Assembly: GCA_951406725.2 (NCBI GenBank)
Contig: OX597838.1
Location: forward strand, 24,676,001 to 24,740,000
Reading direction: 5' to 3'
Source of the DNA: Octopus vulgaris
Lineage: Eukaryota
DNA length: 64,000 nt
Positions within the stretch are counted from its first letter, which is position 1, and the number at the start of each line of letters is the position of its first letter. Made by a program: the position numbers and the translations under genes. Below, piece by piece: positions 35,965 through 50,803 of the stretch. The notes under the pieces were generated by a model that made no database searches, was not told where the DNA came from, and saw only the letters and a list, made by a program, of their open reading frames with translations.

Positions 35965-37402
35965 ATTAATTAGTGTAAAATAAACACCATGAAATATGTA
36001 AATAAATGTTGTTTTTTTTTTCTTCTTTGTTGAGACAATCACATGTGGAAGCAGAAAAGGAAAAAAAAAAAAATGGCACTAAAAGCAAAACTTCTCAGAT
36101 AAATCATCATATTATGGTTTGGAATAATATGATGGTTTGGAATAAAGAAAAAAAAAAAAAAGAGAAAGAAATGAGATCGTCTACATTTTGGTTCAAATTC
36201 GTTTGAAGTTTGTCTTATAGGAAGAAACAAACACTGGCTGTGTACAGAACATTGCTGGATTTGAGTAGATAAAGTCCAACACTGCCATCTCCTCCAACAT
36301 TGCCATACATCTGTCTCATACACATGACCCTTAGTAACCCAACATCCCCCTGCCTTTTCTATTTTCAGAATGAAGGAGGTTTTTGTTTTTTTTTATATAT
36401 ATATTTAGTTGTAAAATAAAAGAAAAAGAGTTGTAAAATTAAAGAAAATAAGTTGTATGACAAAAGATCAAATAGTTTTAGCGTGGAAACTTCAGTATTT
36501 CTTTTAAATTTGAAGTTAGATTCTGTTTTAATAAAAACTGTGACAAGTAGAATATCTAACAGACACCTATCTTCCATGGACATGGTTGATGGTATTCATC
36601 ATCCGTGCAGCCACCATGAACAATATCCATTGTCCGCATATCCACTGGGAATGATGTCATTCACACAGCCACCACAAATGATATCCAGTTTCCCAACACA
36701 CACAAGTTGGTAGACCAACTGCTGCCCTTAGTTTACCATTATCAAAAGGTACCACATAAATAAAAGAAATGGGTCAAATGTAGAAATAAGGGGGCAGGCG
36801 AAGCAAAAAAGTGTAAAAAACAAAAAAAACTAATTTTGTGGTTTTCAGTGTTGGAAAGTTAGAGGTAGTGTTGGAACGATAAATTATTCCCATAATAAAT
36901 GGCAAAACCAGAAATTTAAATGAAGGAAAAACTCAAATTTTATCGACCTCAGAAGAATGCAAGATAAAGTTGACCTCAGCAGGATATTATGATAGTGTAA
37001 AGGAACATTAATTAAATACCACAAAGCATTTTGTTTGCTATTATCATCATCATTATGGTTTCAAATTTTGGTACAATTCCAGGAAGTTTAGGAGAAGCTG
37101 GGAGGCAGGGGCGCCGATTACATTGCTCCCCCACTACTTCACTGGTACTTTATTTTATTGACCCCGAAAAGATGAAATGTAAAGTTAACCTGAGTGGTAT
37201 TTGAACTCAAGTATTTGTAATAATAAGACAATGATGAATAAATATTCCAGTGATTGTTTCAAAGAATTCAACAATGATAGTACTCCCATCTTGGTAATTG
37301 TAGCACTAATTAAATGAAGTCTCAGAGCAATTAATGAAGCCGAGAATCAACTTTCCAGAAATGACCCATTATGTAGAGTGTGTGTGTGTGTGTGTGTGTG
37401 TG

Positions 37403-37433
<31 letters not shown>

Positions 37434-38338
37434 CTCACATGACCAACCTGACTATCAGATTTTATTACACAATACACTTTGCACTGTTTCAGCATTTAAG
37501 TGATGCCACCCCTGTGGCCAGACAACAGGTCAACGCCATACCATCCACCCATCAAAAGGGGGACTGGAGAAATGTGAAGGAAGTGTTTTGCACAAAAAAC
37601 ACAACGCGCCACCCAATCTGGGAATTGAACCCATGATCTAGCAACCGTGAATGCAACACCCAAACCACTAGACCATGCACCATTCACTCGCACATGCACA
37701 GCATAGAATATTTAATTCCAAATGCACTTCTATTCCAGTAGGTATTTAAAAGAAAACACACACACACACACACACACACAAAGAGTGGATTAAAAACACC
37801 CTATTAGAATATCTCCCCGACTTCCCAGCGCTAACTGGGGTTTTACTTAAATTTAGTTAGTCATCACTAATGTACATATGTGACACACAGACATTCATGT
37901 ATACACACAAACACATGGTTATTTCTGACCAATTTCAAACTGGATTTTCAATTGCACTGAACAGTCTGACAGTCAAAATAGCCCAAAGTTTCCACAAGAA
38001 CGATGATTCGGCAAGCCTAGCTAACAGCGTGACAGATTGTCTACTCAAGTCCAGCAACTTTTTTTCCATTTTTTTTTTTCATTATTTTTTTTTTTTGTTG
38101 GAGGGGAGGAATTTCATCTTGTTTATTTGTTTGTTTTATCCACTGCAACTCCAAACCCAAGAAAACCTGGTAAAAAGTTGCAAAAAGAGAACGTTTAATT
38201 AAAAAAAAAAAAAAAAAAAAATTGGATGGTGAAGAAAATTACAATTGAGTTCTTTATAATTGTTGTTTTTAGTGTGTTGTTATATATATATTTTTTTTCC
38301 GTCTTTTCTTTGTCCACACCAAATAACAGGCAAACTGT

Positions 38339-38497
<159 letters not shown>

Positions 38498-39534
38498 TTA
38501 ATGTGACCATAGTAAAAATATACTAAACATAAGGTTCAGGTGTGGCTGAGTGGTAAGAAGCTGGCGTCTCAACCACATGGTTCAGTCCCACTGCGTGGCA
38601 CCCTGGGCAAGTGTCTTCTACTATAGTCTCGGGCTGACCAAAGTCTTGCAAGTGGATTTGGTAGGCAGAAACTGAAAGAAGCCTGTTGTATATGTATGTG
38701 TGTGAGTCTCCCATCACTGCTTGACAACTAGTGGTGTGTTTATATCCCTGTAACTTAGCAGTTTGGCAAAAGAGACTGACAGAATAAGTACAAGGCTTCG
38801 AAAAATAATAAATCCTGGGCTTGATTTATTTGACTAAAACCCTTCAAGGTGGTGCCCCAGCATGGCCATAGTCTAATGACAGAAACAAAGTAAAAGATGA
38901 AAGATAAGAGTATTAATACGACCAATGATTTTCTTTTGTTGTTGTTGTTTTCCTGCTGTTGTTGTTGTTTAGGCAGATTATCTAAATCTTCTTAAATTAA
39001 CAAGAGATCAGAATACGTCAAACAACCAGCTCAAGCAGCAATCAAACTGTAAACAATGCGGACTGCCCACCCATATCCACACAATCGTTCTAACGTCTAC
39101 TTTTCCATGCTTGCATGGGTCGGACAATATTTGCAGAGGGAAATTTTTCTATGGCCAGAAGCCCCTTCCTGCTACCAACCCTTACCCATTTGCAAGCAAG
39201 GTAATATTTCCCCTGGAGATGCTTCCACGGAACATTGGGGGAAAAAAAAAAAAAGGACATTGCCTGTATGACGGTGACACTCGTTTACAACAATCATGCA
39301 ATGGTGACACAGAAGCACTGATTCACATGCTCGCACATACGATGCCACAAAAAGACATGAAGATTATCCAAAAGAAAGATCTGGAGAAACTAAAAATAAC
39401 CATCGATAACGCAGAACATCCAGCAGAACACACACACAAAAAAAAAAAAATGTGGAAGGAAATCGTCCTTGAATAAAGAGTACTTAACCCTTTTGTTACT
39501 GTACTTATTCTGAGATGCTCTGCATTTCTTTTAA

Positions 39535-39903
39535 TCTATATATATAAAGCTGAAGTTGTCTGTGTGTAGCCTTCAACTAAATCTATCTCCTCTGAGACCC
39601 TGCAGCACAAGTTGATCAAAATTGAGAGTATGATAGAAGAAGGCTTGCTCTTCATTCCGTAGAAGATAAAATTCAAATCGGACCATGTTAACACAAAAAA
39701 TTATTTACATCAAAAAGGTGCTTTTTTTTCTATGAAAATCCCTATTTTTTACGATTTTTTAACTGCTGTGTTGCCATTTTTCGGTGTATTTCAACCAGAA
39801 AAATGTTCACTTAAAGAGAATAACAAGCTACATAATGCAAAATTTTTACTTTTCAAAAATTCCAATTCTAAAGGGTCGAAACAAACCCGAGCAATACTGC
39901 TAG
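39535..39903 (+). mobile_element. Non-autonomous Helitron nested in a TTAA-MITE
   Basis: 5' TC(TATATATATAAA), 3' CTAG, inserted between host A and T. The host MITE is continuous once it is removed (compare 31615-31836). Confidence 0.8.
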
Positions 39904-40949
39904 TTAATTCTAAATGTAACAAAGAATTTAGTAAAATAACTTAGTTATCATTAAGCTAGTGTTAGGAGCATAAATTGCAACTAAGGTTTGGTGGAAGATT
40001 TTAATTCAAAACTTATGAAAACAAGACATTGGTACTACAGAGCCAGAGGCGGTTTCAGCCAGGTTGGTAAAGAAAAGGTTAAGGAAAATGAAGTTAAACC
40101 AAAAGGGAACACTTCGAAATTACCCACTGTCTAAAATATTCTTGAAAGTCATCAATATTACATGGCTTGTGTGGTAAGAACCTTGCTTCCCAACCACATG
40201 GTTCTGGGTTCAGTTCCACTGCATGGCACTTTAGACAAGTGTCTTCTACTATAGTTGTAGGCCAACCAAAGGCTTGTGAGTAGATTTGGTAGATGGAAAC
40301 TGAAAGAAGCCCATTGTATGTTTTTGTCTTCAACCACCACTTGACAACCGGTGTTGGTGTGTTTATGTCTACATAACTCAGCAAAAATGACTGATAGAAT
40401 AAGTATCAGGTTCCCAAAAATTCAAGATGGTGCTCCAGCGTGGCCGCAGTCTAATGATTGAAACAAGTAAAAGAGTACACATGATACACATGTATCATTT
40501 CCTCTTCATGATTCTTTTACCATTCCCTGTTTGGTCTTTTTGTGTTTTATCCTATAAACCATGCAATTCCATTTGGTTAGCATTGCTGCTCTGTTTCCTT
40601 GTTTTTACCCTTTTCTGAGACAGTTCTAGTGCACCTGAGCACTAAATACAATAAACTAAACAACAAAAAGTTTAGTTGGGAAGGAGTTGGGGGCAGGGTA
40701 AGAACCTTTCAACAGTAAGGGACAAACTACTGTGAGAGAAGAGGAACCAATATTTGGTCCCAAATTCTGGCACAAGGCTAGCAAGTTCAGGAGGGGGGAT
40801 AAGGCAGTTACATTGACCCCCAGTGCTCGACTTGTACTTATTTTTATCGACCCTGAAGGGACAAAACGCAGAGTGGACCTTGGTGGAATTTGAATGCAGA
40901 ACATTATGACAGACGAAATACTGCCAAGCATTTTGTCTGATATGCTAAT

Positions 40950-41500
40950 GATTCTTATTTCTTTATTGCCCACAAGGGGCTAAACAAGGACAGACAGAGA
41001 GATTAAGTTGATTACATCGACCCCAGTGCGTAACTAGTACTTAATTTATCGACCTCGAAAGGACGAAAGGCAAAGTCGACCTCGATGGAATTTGAACTCA
41101 GAACATAATGGCAGACGAAATACCTATTTCTTTACTACCCCCAAGGGGCTAAACACAGAGGGGACAAACAAGGACAGTCAAACAGATTAAGCCGATTATA
41201 TCGACCCCAGTGTGTAACTGCCTTTCATCCTTTCGGGGTCGATTAAATAAGTACCAAAGTCGACCTCGACAGAATTTGAACTCAGAACGTAACGGCAGAC
41301 GAAATACCTATTTCTTTACTACCCACAAGGGGCTAAACACAGAGGGGACAAACAAGGACAGACAAACGGATTAAGCCGATTATATCGACCCCAGTGTGTA
41401 ACTGCCTTTCATCCTTTCGGGGTCGATTAAATAAGTGCCAAAGTCGACCTCGACGGAATTTGAACTCAGAACATAACGGCAGACGAAATACTGCTTAACA
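40950..41500 (-). repeat. Local tandem duplication (~180-190-bp units, about 3 copies) of SINE family C parts
   Basis: GGGGCTAAACA..GGACAAACAAGGACAG..GATTA..TCGACCCCAGTG...GAACTCAGAAC..GGCAGACGAAATAC is repeated. Confidence 0.8.
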
Positions 41501-41574
41501 TTTTGCCCAGCGTGCTAACGTTTCTGCCAGCTTGCCGCCTTCAAAGGAATCGATATTACAAATCTCTCTCTTAC

Positions 41575-41772
41575 CTGTGTCAGTGCTGAACACTCAACAT
41601 ATTTCACAGCACGTAATTCCTTGGCCAACTTCTCTCCTTGTTCATATGATATTGGCTTCTGTTTGTTCTTTGCCAATCTTTCTATTGTACCGGCATCATC
41701 TCTCAAATCAATTTGTGTTCCTACCAGCAGGAACGGTGTTTTCTGGCAATGATGTGTGATTTCTGGAACCCA
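41575..41772 (-). CDS. CDC42: Cdc42 coding exon (aa 97-162)
   Basis: ttgcag|TGG...CAG|gtaaga; [26 protein letters not shown]...[10 protein letters not shown] (Cdc42-specific TQID). Confidence 0.98.
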
Positions 41773-42058
41773 CTGCAAAAGAACATACAGATCTTTTAAG
41801 AAAATATTTTTTTACAGTGCAAATCATTAACAATGTGAAGGTGGTGGTGGTGGTGGCGAGTGAGGGTGCAATCTTATCTGAACCTTACAGAGAGGAAGAG
41901 TGAGAGACAATAAGGAAAAGAATTCCCATCTGTGTTTTAATTATAGGAAATAACCAAGGCTATGCTGAATATGCAGAATACATACAAACGTACAGACATG
42001 CATATGCACACACACACAGTGCTGAATGAAGAACTGCCCTGATAAATCTTTTAAAAGG

Positions 42059-42467
42059 TGAGAGAGAGAGAGATGAGAGAGAGAGATGAGAGAGAGATGA
42101 GAGAAAGATGAGAGAGAAATGAGAGAGAAATGAGAGAGAGATGAGAGAGAGATGAGAGAGAGAGATGAGAGAAAGATGAGAGAGAGATGAGAGAGAGAGA
42201 TGAGAGAAAGATGAGAGAGAGATGGAAGAGAGATGAGAGAGAAAGAGAGAGAAAGATGAGATGAGATGAGAGAGATGAGATGAGATGAGAGAGATGAGAT
42301 GAGATGAGAGAGATGAGATGAGATGAGATGAGATGAGATGAGATGAGATGAGATGAGATGAGAGGAGATGAGAGAGATGAGATGAGATGAGAGAGATGAT
42401 GAGAGAGAGAGAGATGAGATGAGAAAGAGAGAGATAGGGAGAGAGATAGATAAAGAGAGAGAGAGAG
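42059..42467. repeat. (GA)n/(GAGAT)n polypurine microsatellite
   Basis: Seen directly; it explains the SHL-rich spurious ORFs. Confidence 0.95.
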
Positions 42468-45132
42468 ATTTGTAGTCCACCAAAACAATAGTTTTAAACC
42501 CCTCGAGTTGTACCCTAATATAATTAGCAGTATGCCTCCATCCCCAGGAATTTAGCTGCTGTTGATACCGTCACTATGTCGACTTCACTCAGAAAAACTA
42601 AAACATCAGGATGCTTATTTAGTCGAATAAGAGCGGAAATATTCCGGAGTTTAATTGACCTCGTATAACTTGTGTGTGCATGTGTGCACGTGCGAGTGCC
42701 TGAATTATGCGTGTATTTTATTACACGATAAACAGGAACATATTCAAATTCATAGGCTTAAAAGTGGCTGTCTGTTAAGTCTACTTCCCAACAACATGGT
42801 TCCAGGTTCAGTCCTGCTGTGTGGTACTTGGGCAGTGTCTTGTATTATAGCCCTGAGCCTTGTGAACGGATTTCACAGACTGAAACTGAAAGAAGCCCAT
42901 CATACATATCCGATCGTGGTCGTTGCCATTGCCAGTCTCGCCTCCGTGCATGTGGCACGTAAAAAGCACCATCCGATCGTGTCCGTTTGCCAGCCTCGTC
43001 TGGCATCTGTGCTAGTGGCACGTAAAAAGCACCCACTACACTCTCAGAGTGGTTGGCGTTAGGAAGGGCATCCAGCCGTAGAAACATTGCCAAATCAGAC
43101 TGGGCCTGGTGCAGCCTTCTGGCTTCCCAGACCCCTACTGAACTGTCCAACCCATGCTAGCATGGAAAGCGGACGCTAAATGATGATGATGATGATGATG
43201 TGTGTGTGAATAACTAGTGTTGCTTTGCTTTTATGTCCCTGTAATTTAGCAGCTTGGCAAAAGAGGCCAACAGAAGTTCCAGACTCAAAGAAATATTGTA
43301 CTGGGGTTTATATGTTCAACTAAACTCCTCAAGGCAGTGCCCCAGCATGACTGCAGTCCCGTGCCTGGAACAAGTTAAAAAAAAAAAAAAAAATCGTTTC
43401 TATTACAGGCACAAAGGCAAGGCCTGAAATTCTGGGGAGTGGGGTAGTTAATTACATCAACCCATGTACTTTATTGGTGCCAAAAGGATGAAAAGCAAAG
43501 CCAACTTCAGCAGAATTTCTTTTCTACTCCTAGGAACAAGGACTGAAATTTTGGGGAAGGGGGCCAGTCAATTAGATCGAACCCATTACACAACTGGTAC
43601 TTAATTTATTGACCGCCAAAAGAATGAAAGGCAAAAATCGACCTCGGTGGAATTTGAATTCAGAACGTAAAGACAGACAAATTACGGGTAAGTGTTTCTG
43701 CCAGCTCACCACCTTACTTTGGTAGAATTTATACACATCCCCACAGTCTGATAAGCATTTCGTCCTGCACGGTAACGATTTTGCCAGGTTGTCATCTTTA
43801 GATAACTTATAATAATCCTATTTAATAGAACAAGCTACTCAGATTTTTTCAGGAATTACAATGCCCATTCCCCTACAGAATTACTGTTTAGCCACAGGTT
43901 AGCTCTGGCGGAGTAGATCTATGACCAAACTATTCCTACATGATCATTCCAATTTATACACACATTAAGTGCATCTCAATTGGCCACATGATCAAGAGTT
44001 CAAATGCTATTACTACTGCTACTACTATGCTGTGTCTATAAACACAAAACATCTCTATACACTTCCTGCTTGTCTGACTCTTAAGGTCAGATTCTCACCC
44101 TCACTTCCTCCTCGTGAGATTGATATTAGGACGGAAATAAAAACAAAAAAAAAATTAAAAAGCCATCATGACAAAGTGAGCATTTGAAATAAAATACTGA
44201 ACCGAACAAAAAACAATAGCTTTGGTAGGACAGACCAAGCATTGTAGTAGATAAGGATGGTGGATTCTTTTACCGTTTACAATTGGTGGAGTTTACCATA
44301 TCCGTGATCTACAGATGGCAACACTTGACTTGAAACTGCTCCCACTTTAGGAGAAAGTGGTTTAGTTTTAAACCAATAAATGAAATAATGAGAGAAGGCC
44401 TGGCGAACTTGAGTTACATTGTGGGCCACTTTAATCGCAGAAAGGTTTTTGAGGGCCGCTTGTATACTGACAGAATTGGAAGCAGTTTGCTTTCTTATGC
44501 TATTATCCCGATAATGAATGAATGATCGTGGATTCAACAGGAAATATTATTGCAAAAACAGTAGTATCTTTCTGTTTTACTTTTCATTACAATTTAAAAT
44601 TTTTTAAATCTTTGTTTAAATAAACCCATTTCAAGACTTTCTTGAGTCACAAGAAAAAAGTCTGTGGACCACATGCAGCCTGCAGGCCTCAGGTTGGCCA
44701 GCCCTGCTCTACGGACTCACTTGAGCAGCGAGAAATTGCAGTCAAGTCTTCCAAATCACATGCAACTATCTTAATCTCTTAGCATTCTGATTTATTTATG
44801 AAATGTCATGCTTATTTATTCATATTGTTTAGAATTAATTGTGGATTATCTTGTAGCTTCAAGATTTCAATGGTGTGGTTGTGTACTTTTAGAATGACAT
44901 TGTAGGATAGGTACGAGGGGTTGGATCTGGTCAGTTTTAACATAAAACAGGTAGAATATTTGGGCCGGATATGGCCAGATTAAATGCTGAAGGGTTAAGG
45001 AAGGAATTATTATAGTCCCACATATACAAAAAGATGGGATGGGCATGACTAGAACCCTGACTATAAATCCCTATTTATATTAAAATACAGTTCTTTTGTA
45101 TCTATTTTGAAAATGAGGAATTTAGTAAAACC

Positions 45133-45750
45133 ACTCATTAACTGGTTGTATACTGTCAATCTAACGTGAATGTGACAGTAGGGGATTACACCACTGCTGT
45201 TTAGCCCTAGGAAGCATTGACGCTTCCTGATAGCTTTGACACATTTTTTCCTGTGTCCTTATATATCTATGAAGGGGAGACAAACAGCCCCAGCAGCCAG
45301 GCCTGTATCTTGAGACACGCATGTTTCAGGATCTTTGCCCATCATCGGTCTAGAGTAGCAGACGCCCGCCAGCTGTTGATATCTGTCCCGATTCGCAAAT
45401 GTATATATCTAATTTTCAGTGAAGTTTATTCACTGATTACCAAAATCAGAAATATTAAATTTCTAAATATCTCATAGAGATATGTACGGTGGTGGGGCGA
45501 TAGAATGGTTGTATACTGTCAATCTAACGTGGGGGTGTTTGTCTCCCCTTCGTAAATATATAAGGACACAGGAAAAAATGTGTCGAAGCCATCAGGAAGC
45601 ATCGATGCTTCCTAGGGCTAAACAGCAGTGGTGTAATCCCCTACTGTCACGTTCACGTTAGATTGACAGTATACAACCACTCTATCGCCCCACCACCGTA
45701 CATATCTCTATGAGATATTTAGAAATTTAATATTTCTGAACTCATTAACT
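45133..45750. mobile_element. Penelope-like terminal-repeat element with inverted duplication and TSD ACTCATTAACT
   Basis: 45143-45290 and 45446-45531 are inverted in 45532-45739. An 11-bp direct repeat sits at both junctions. A hammerhead-like core lies on - at ~45308-45354. Confidence 0.65.
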
Positions 45751-48700
45751 CTTTAGCATTTAATTCCTTCAACATTTAATTCGGCCATATCTGGTCAAAA
45801 TATTCTACCTGTTTTATGTTAAAACTGACCAGATCCAATATCTCAGACCTATCTATTCTAAAAACATACGAACATACCATTGAAATATCAAAGCTAGAAG
45901 ATAATCCAGGATTAATTCAAAACAATGTGAATAAATAAGCAATACATTTGACAAAGTAATCTGAAAGCTAAAGGGTTAAACTGTGGTTAGAGCATCAGGC
46001 TCACAATCATAAGGTAGTGAGTTCGATTCCTGGACTGGGCTGTGTGTTGTGCTCTTAAGCAAGACACTTTATTTCATGTTGTTCCAGTTCACTCAGCAGT
46101 AGAAATGAGTTACAATGTCACTGGTGCCAAGCTGTATTGGTCCCTTTGCCTTTCCCTTGGGCAACATTGGTGGCATGGGAAAGGGAAGCTGGTATGCATG
46201 GGTGCCTGCTGGCCTTCCATAAACAACCTTGCCCAGACTTGTGCCTTGGAGGGGAACTTTCTAGGTGCAATCCCATGATCATTTGCAAGTGACAAGGGTC
46301 CTTTAGCAACATGGAATTTTGATGGAAGTTTTGAATTTAAATCACTTCAAAACAAGAAGTTTGTATCATCATAGAACCAGTGGTGATATCAACCAGACTG
46401 ATATCAAAAGGGTTAATCAGGCCTTGTTGACCTGGGGCTAAACAGCAACTCCTTCGAAAATAGACACAACAAAACTGGTGTCCAAGCATGGATACAGTCC
46501 ACTTGATGAAACTAGACTCTTGATGACCACCTCCAATAGAAATATGAGTTTCCATTCAATTGCCATTAATGTTATGTACACCAGGAACTGTTGTTTGCTC
46601 CACATAAATAAGAGGGGAGGGAGACTGGATCAAAATGTTAAAAGTGGAACACTTCCTCTACATTAGGATATGTGATAAAATCTTTAAAAAAGCAGTAAAA
46701 GCTCAAAATGTTGTCGTTGCTAAGTTTCTGCCATTACTGCAGGCTAACATTATCAGTGATAAATTTAACCGACGTCCTTGAATGTAGATCTGTATCTATG
46801 GTGCTGAAATTAGCCTAGTTTCCAGTTGCATCCACTTCAGCGGGTGTATTTTTAAACCAGGATGTCTAGTTTAATCCTTTCGTGATCATATTTCTAATGA
46901 AACACACGGTCTCAGCATTTCAATTTTGAAAAATATCGAGAATTTAGAGATTTTACAGAAACAAATGTTTTTTTGGGGGGGGTGGGGGGTCTTCATTAAA
47001 CTTATGTTTGGAACATAACAAAATGGTTCAAACAATGAATTATGATGGAAGGTTTTTGAGTTAGGGTTGGGATGGAAGATTTTAGGTTGTGATGGAAGGT
47101 TTTAAGTTTTAAGGCGTATGTCAAGGTGCATGGCCCAGTGGTTAGAGTGTCAGGCTCACAATCATGAAGTAGGGAGTTCAATTCCTGGACCAGGCTGCAT
47201 GTTGTGTCCTTGAGCAAGACACTTTATTTCACATTGCTCTAGTTTATTGAGCTGTAGAAATGAGTTGTGATGTCACTGGTGCCAAGCTGTATCAGCCTTT
47301 CCCCTAGGTTTCATCAGTGGCATGGAGTGGGAAGACAGGTATGCAAGAGCAACTGTTGGTCTTTCATAAACGACCCATGTCCACACTTGTGCCTTGGAAG
47401 CTAAATTTCTAGGTGCAACGCCATGGTCATTCATGACTGAAGTGGGGTCTTTAACCCTTTAGCATTCAGATCATTCTCTCAAATGTAATGCTCATTGGCT
47501 CACATTGTTTTGGATTAATCATGTATTATCTTGTAGCTTGGAAATTTCCATGATGTAATTCTTTATTTTTAGAATGACATTGTAGGGTAGGTGTGAGAGG
47601 CTGAAATCCAGCCACTTGGAATGTAAAACATGTAGACTATTTGGTTCAGATATGGCCAGTTCGAATAGTAATGGATTAAAACAAATTTTCTATCAAAGAA
47701 TGAGAAGCAGTCTCAGGTGGTTTGGATCCAAAACGGATAAGTATCAGAAGAACTACATTTGTTCCCATCATCTCTATTTGAATAGGGGTCAGGCTTTTCT
47801 TGGGCCATGTCTATCAGTGGTACAGAGACCTAATAGTAATACTGCATTTAGAGAAGAAGAAAAAATGATACCCACAAGTTTTTAATAACACAAAGGTCAA
47901 TGTTTCAACAACAACAGTATTAAAGACCACTTCTATTGTAATCACTATTTTAAATGAAATTTAAGCATTATGAAATATTTTACAACTACTTTACCGGGTG
48001 GTTCAGAAATGCTTTACAATACATTTTTCCTAAATGAAAGACCTAATATTTTAAGCTCTTCTACTTCAATACAGTCCAGTGTCATTAACTACAACTACTA
48101 CTACTATTGTTTTACTTTGAGTAACTTCCTACTAATTCATCACCAAAATTTCCACAGGCGTAGGAGTGGCTGTGTGGTAAGTAGCTTGCTTACGAACCAC
48201 ATGGTTCCGGGTTCAGTTCCAGTGCGTGGCACCTTGGGCAAGTGTCTTCTACTATAGCCTCGGGCTGACCAAAGCCTTGTGAGTGGATTTGGTAGACGGA
48301 AACTGAAAGAAGCCCGTCGTATATATGTATACATATATGTGTGTGTTTATGTGTTGGGTTTGTCCCCCGCCCCCTTCGCTTGACAACCGATGCTGGCATG
48401 TTTACGTCCCCGTAATTTAGTGGTTCGGCAAAAGAGAACCGATAGAATAAGTACTGGGCTTACAAAGAATAAGTACTGGGGTTGATTTCCTCAACTAAAG
48501 GCAGTGCTCCAGCATGGCCACAGTCAAATGACTGAAATGAGTAAATGAGTATACAATTTGGGTGTGTGGCCCACTTACATTCAAGTCACCACACAGCACA
48601 GTTATCTTTCTTGGATGAGTCAGATGACACACCACTATGCCATGAGGATCTGATGCGCTGAAGTGAATTACTGATTCTTAAAAAAATATAATCGAAGGCT

Positions 48701-50803
48701 TCACAAATCTGAATTAATTTTTAACCAACTTGTGAGACATTATTACTTTGTACACAACTATGATTAACATCTTTAGCATTCCGATTATTCTGTCAAATGT
48801 AATGCTTATTTATTCACGTTGTTTTAAATTAATTATGCATTCTCTCATGGTTTTGAGGTTTTAATGAGGTCATTGTTTATTTTTAGAATGACATTGTAGG
48901 ATAGGTGGGAGACCAAATCCTGTTAGTTTGAACATAAAACAGAATATTTGGGTGGGATATGGCCACTTTAACCCTTTAGCATTCAGATTACTACCAAATG
49001 TAATGCTTATTTATTCACATTGTTTTGAATTAATCATGTATTATCTTATAGCTTTAAGATTTTGATGAGTTAACTTAATATTTAGAATGAAATTGTAGTG
49101 TTAGTATAAGAGGCCAGATCCAGCCAGTTTGAGCATAAAACAGTCAGAATATTTTGGCTGGATATGGGCAGATTTAAATGCTAAAGGATGAATAAAATAA
49201 AGTAAGCAACCTTTTTCTATGTTTTTTTCTTAGCTTAATTCTAACACCCCTTTGACACCAACATACCTGAGACCACCACTGATTCAATGATGCAAACCTG
49301 TTTTAAAATTATCTAAACTAAAACCTATCAAAATTTGATGCCAATTTATGCTCCAAACACCAGCTTAATAATGACAAAATTATTTAATTAAATTCTTCAT
49401 TATTTTCAAAATGAATTACAATAAAGTTAGTGTATTTCAACAGAAATATGGTAGTGAAAGGATTATATTTCTTGTAGACCTTGCATGTGAGATGCACCAA
49501 TAGTTGTATATTTGATCTCCAATGTCCCATAAAATCAAAAAAAGAAGAAAAAAATTGAAAACCACTGCCCCAGGCATAGAGCTGATTCATCTGGGCTCAA
49601 CTAATCTGTCTTGGGTTTGTCTCACACTTCCAAGTTACAGCCATAAAACACTGTTTTTTTGGAGTCCTTGTCCCATATACTCTGTATGGAAATAGCAGGA
49701 ACAGCCCTGTTACCAAATAGAAGACATTCTCGAAATTTCTTGAGTCTCCTCAAACCTTAAACAATTAGGCCATCACCAGCTCCACCCCTCAGAGTTAACC
49801 GTGTCATCTGAGAAGTAACAGTATTCAATCTTTGGTTGCTCTATCCTGATACAAACAGAGCATATGACACACCCAAAATTCATTCCCCCACAGTTTATTG
49901 TTTGTACATGAATTAGTTGAGACGTCTCGATCTCATATCAATCTCTTCTTCATATCAATCAAGGCTATTTCTTAGAAAACCCCGAGTCTCACCCTAGCCT
50001 AAATTTTCATGCTAGACATCAGAAGCCGTAATCCAAATCAAAGTGAAAGAAACACCGATCTATGCAACTAGGATGAGAATCCTGCCACACAAACTACTAG
50101 CGCCCTCCATATAGTATATAATAGAAACAGAGGCAGTATTACTACAAAGAGGTAATATTTACCCCCCATTTCAATGTGGATGTTCTATTAGAATTACAGC
50201 AGTATAGTTTGTTCTAATCAAACATCTACGTTAGGTTGGGGGTAAAGGGTAAAGACCCCCTTCAGTCATGAATGACCAGGGGATTGCACCTAGAAAGTTC
50301 GCCTCCAAGGCACAAGTCTGGACAAAGTCGTTTATGGAAGACCAACAGTCACCCGTGCATACCAGCCTTCCCTCACCACGCCACTGATGTTATTCAAGAG
50401 AAAAGCAAAAGGGGCCGATACAGCTTGGCACCAGTGACGTCGCAACTCATTTCTACAGCTGAATGACCTGGAGCAATGTGAAATGAAGTGTGTTGCTCAA
50501 GAACACAACACAGCCTGGTCTGGAAATCAAACTCACTAGCCACTGAGCCATGTGCCTTCACTAGAGGCATTACTAGACAAATTACATATTTATAGCTTTC
50601 CTAGCAAATCTTAACCCTTCAGCATTCAAATTATTTTCAAAGCTTCAAGATTACAATGATATGAGGTTATATTTTTGGGATAATACTGTAGGGTAGGTGT
50701 GAGAGGCAAAACCTAGCAGTTTGGACACAAAACAAGTATAATATTTGGGCCAGATATGGTCGGTTTAAATGCAAAAGCATTAAGTGTTCTTTTATTATCA
50801 TTA

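Noticed and set aside
41941-42488. SHL-rich 180-aa and 145-aa ORFs
   Set aside because: Translation of a (GA)n/(GAGAT)n tract inside a Cdc42 intron.
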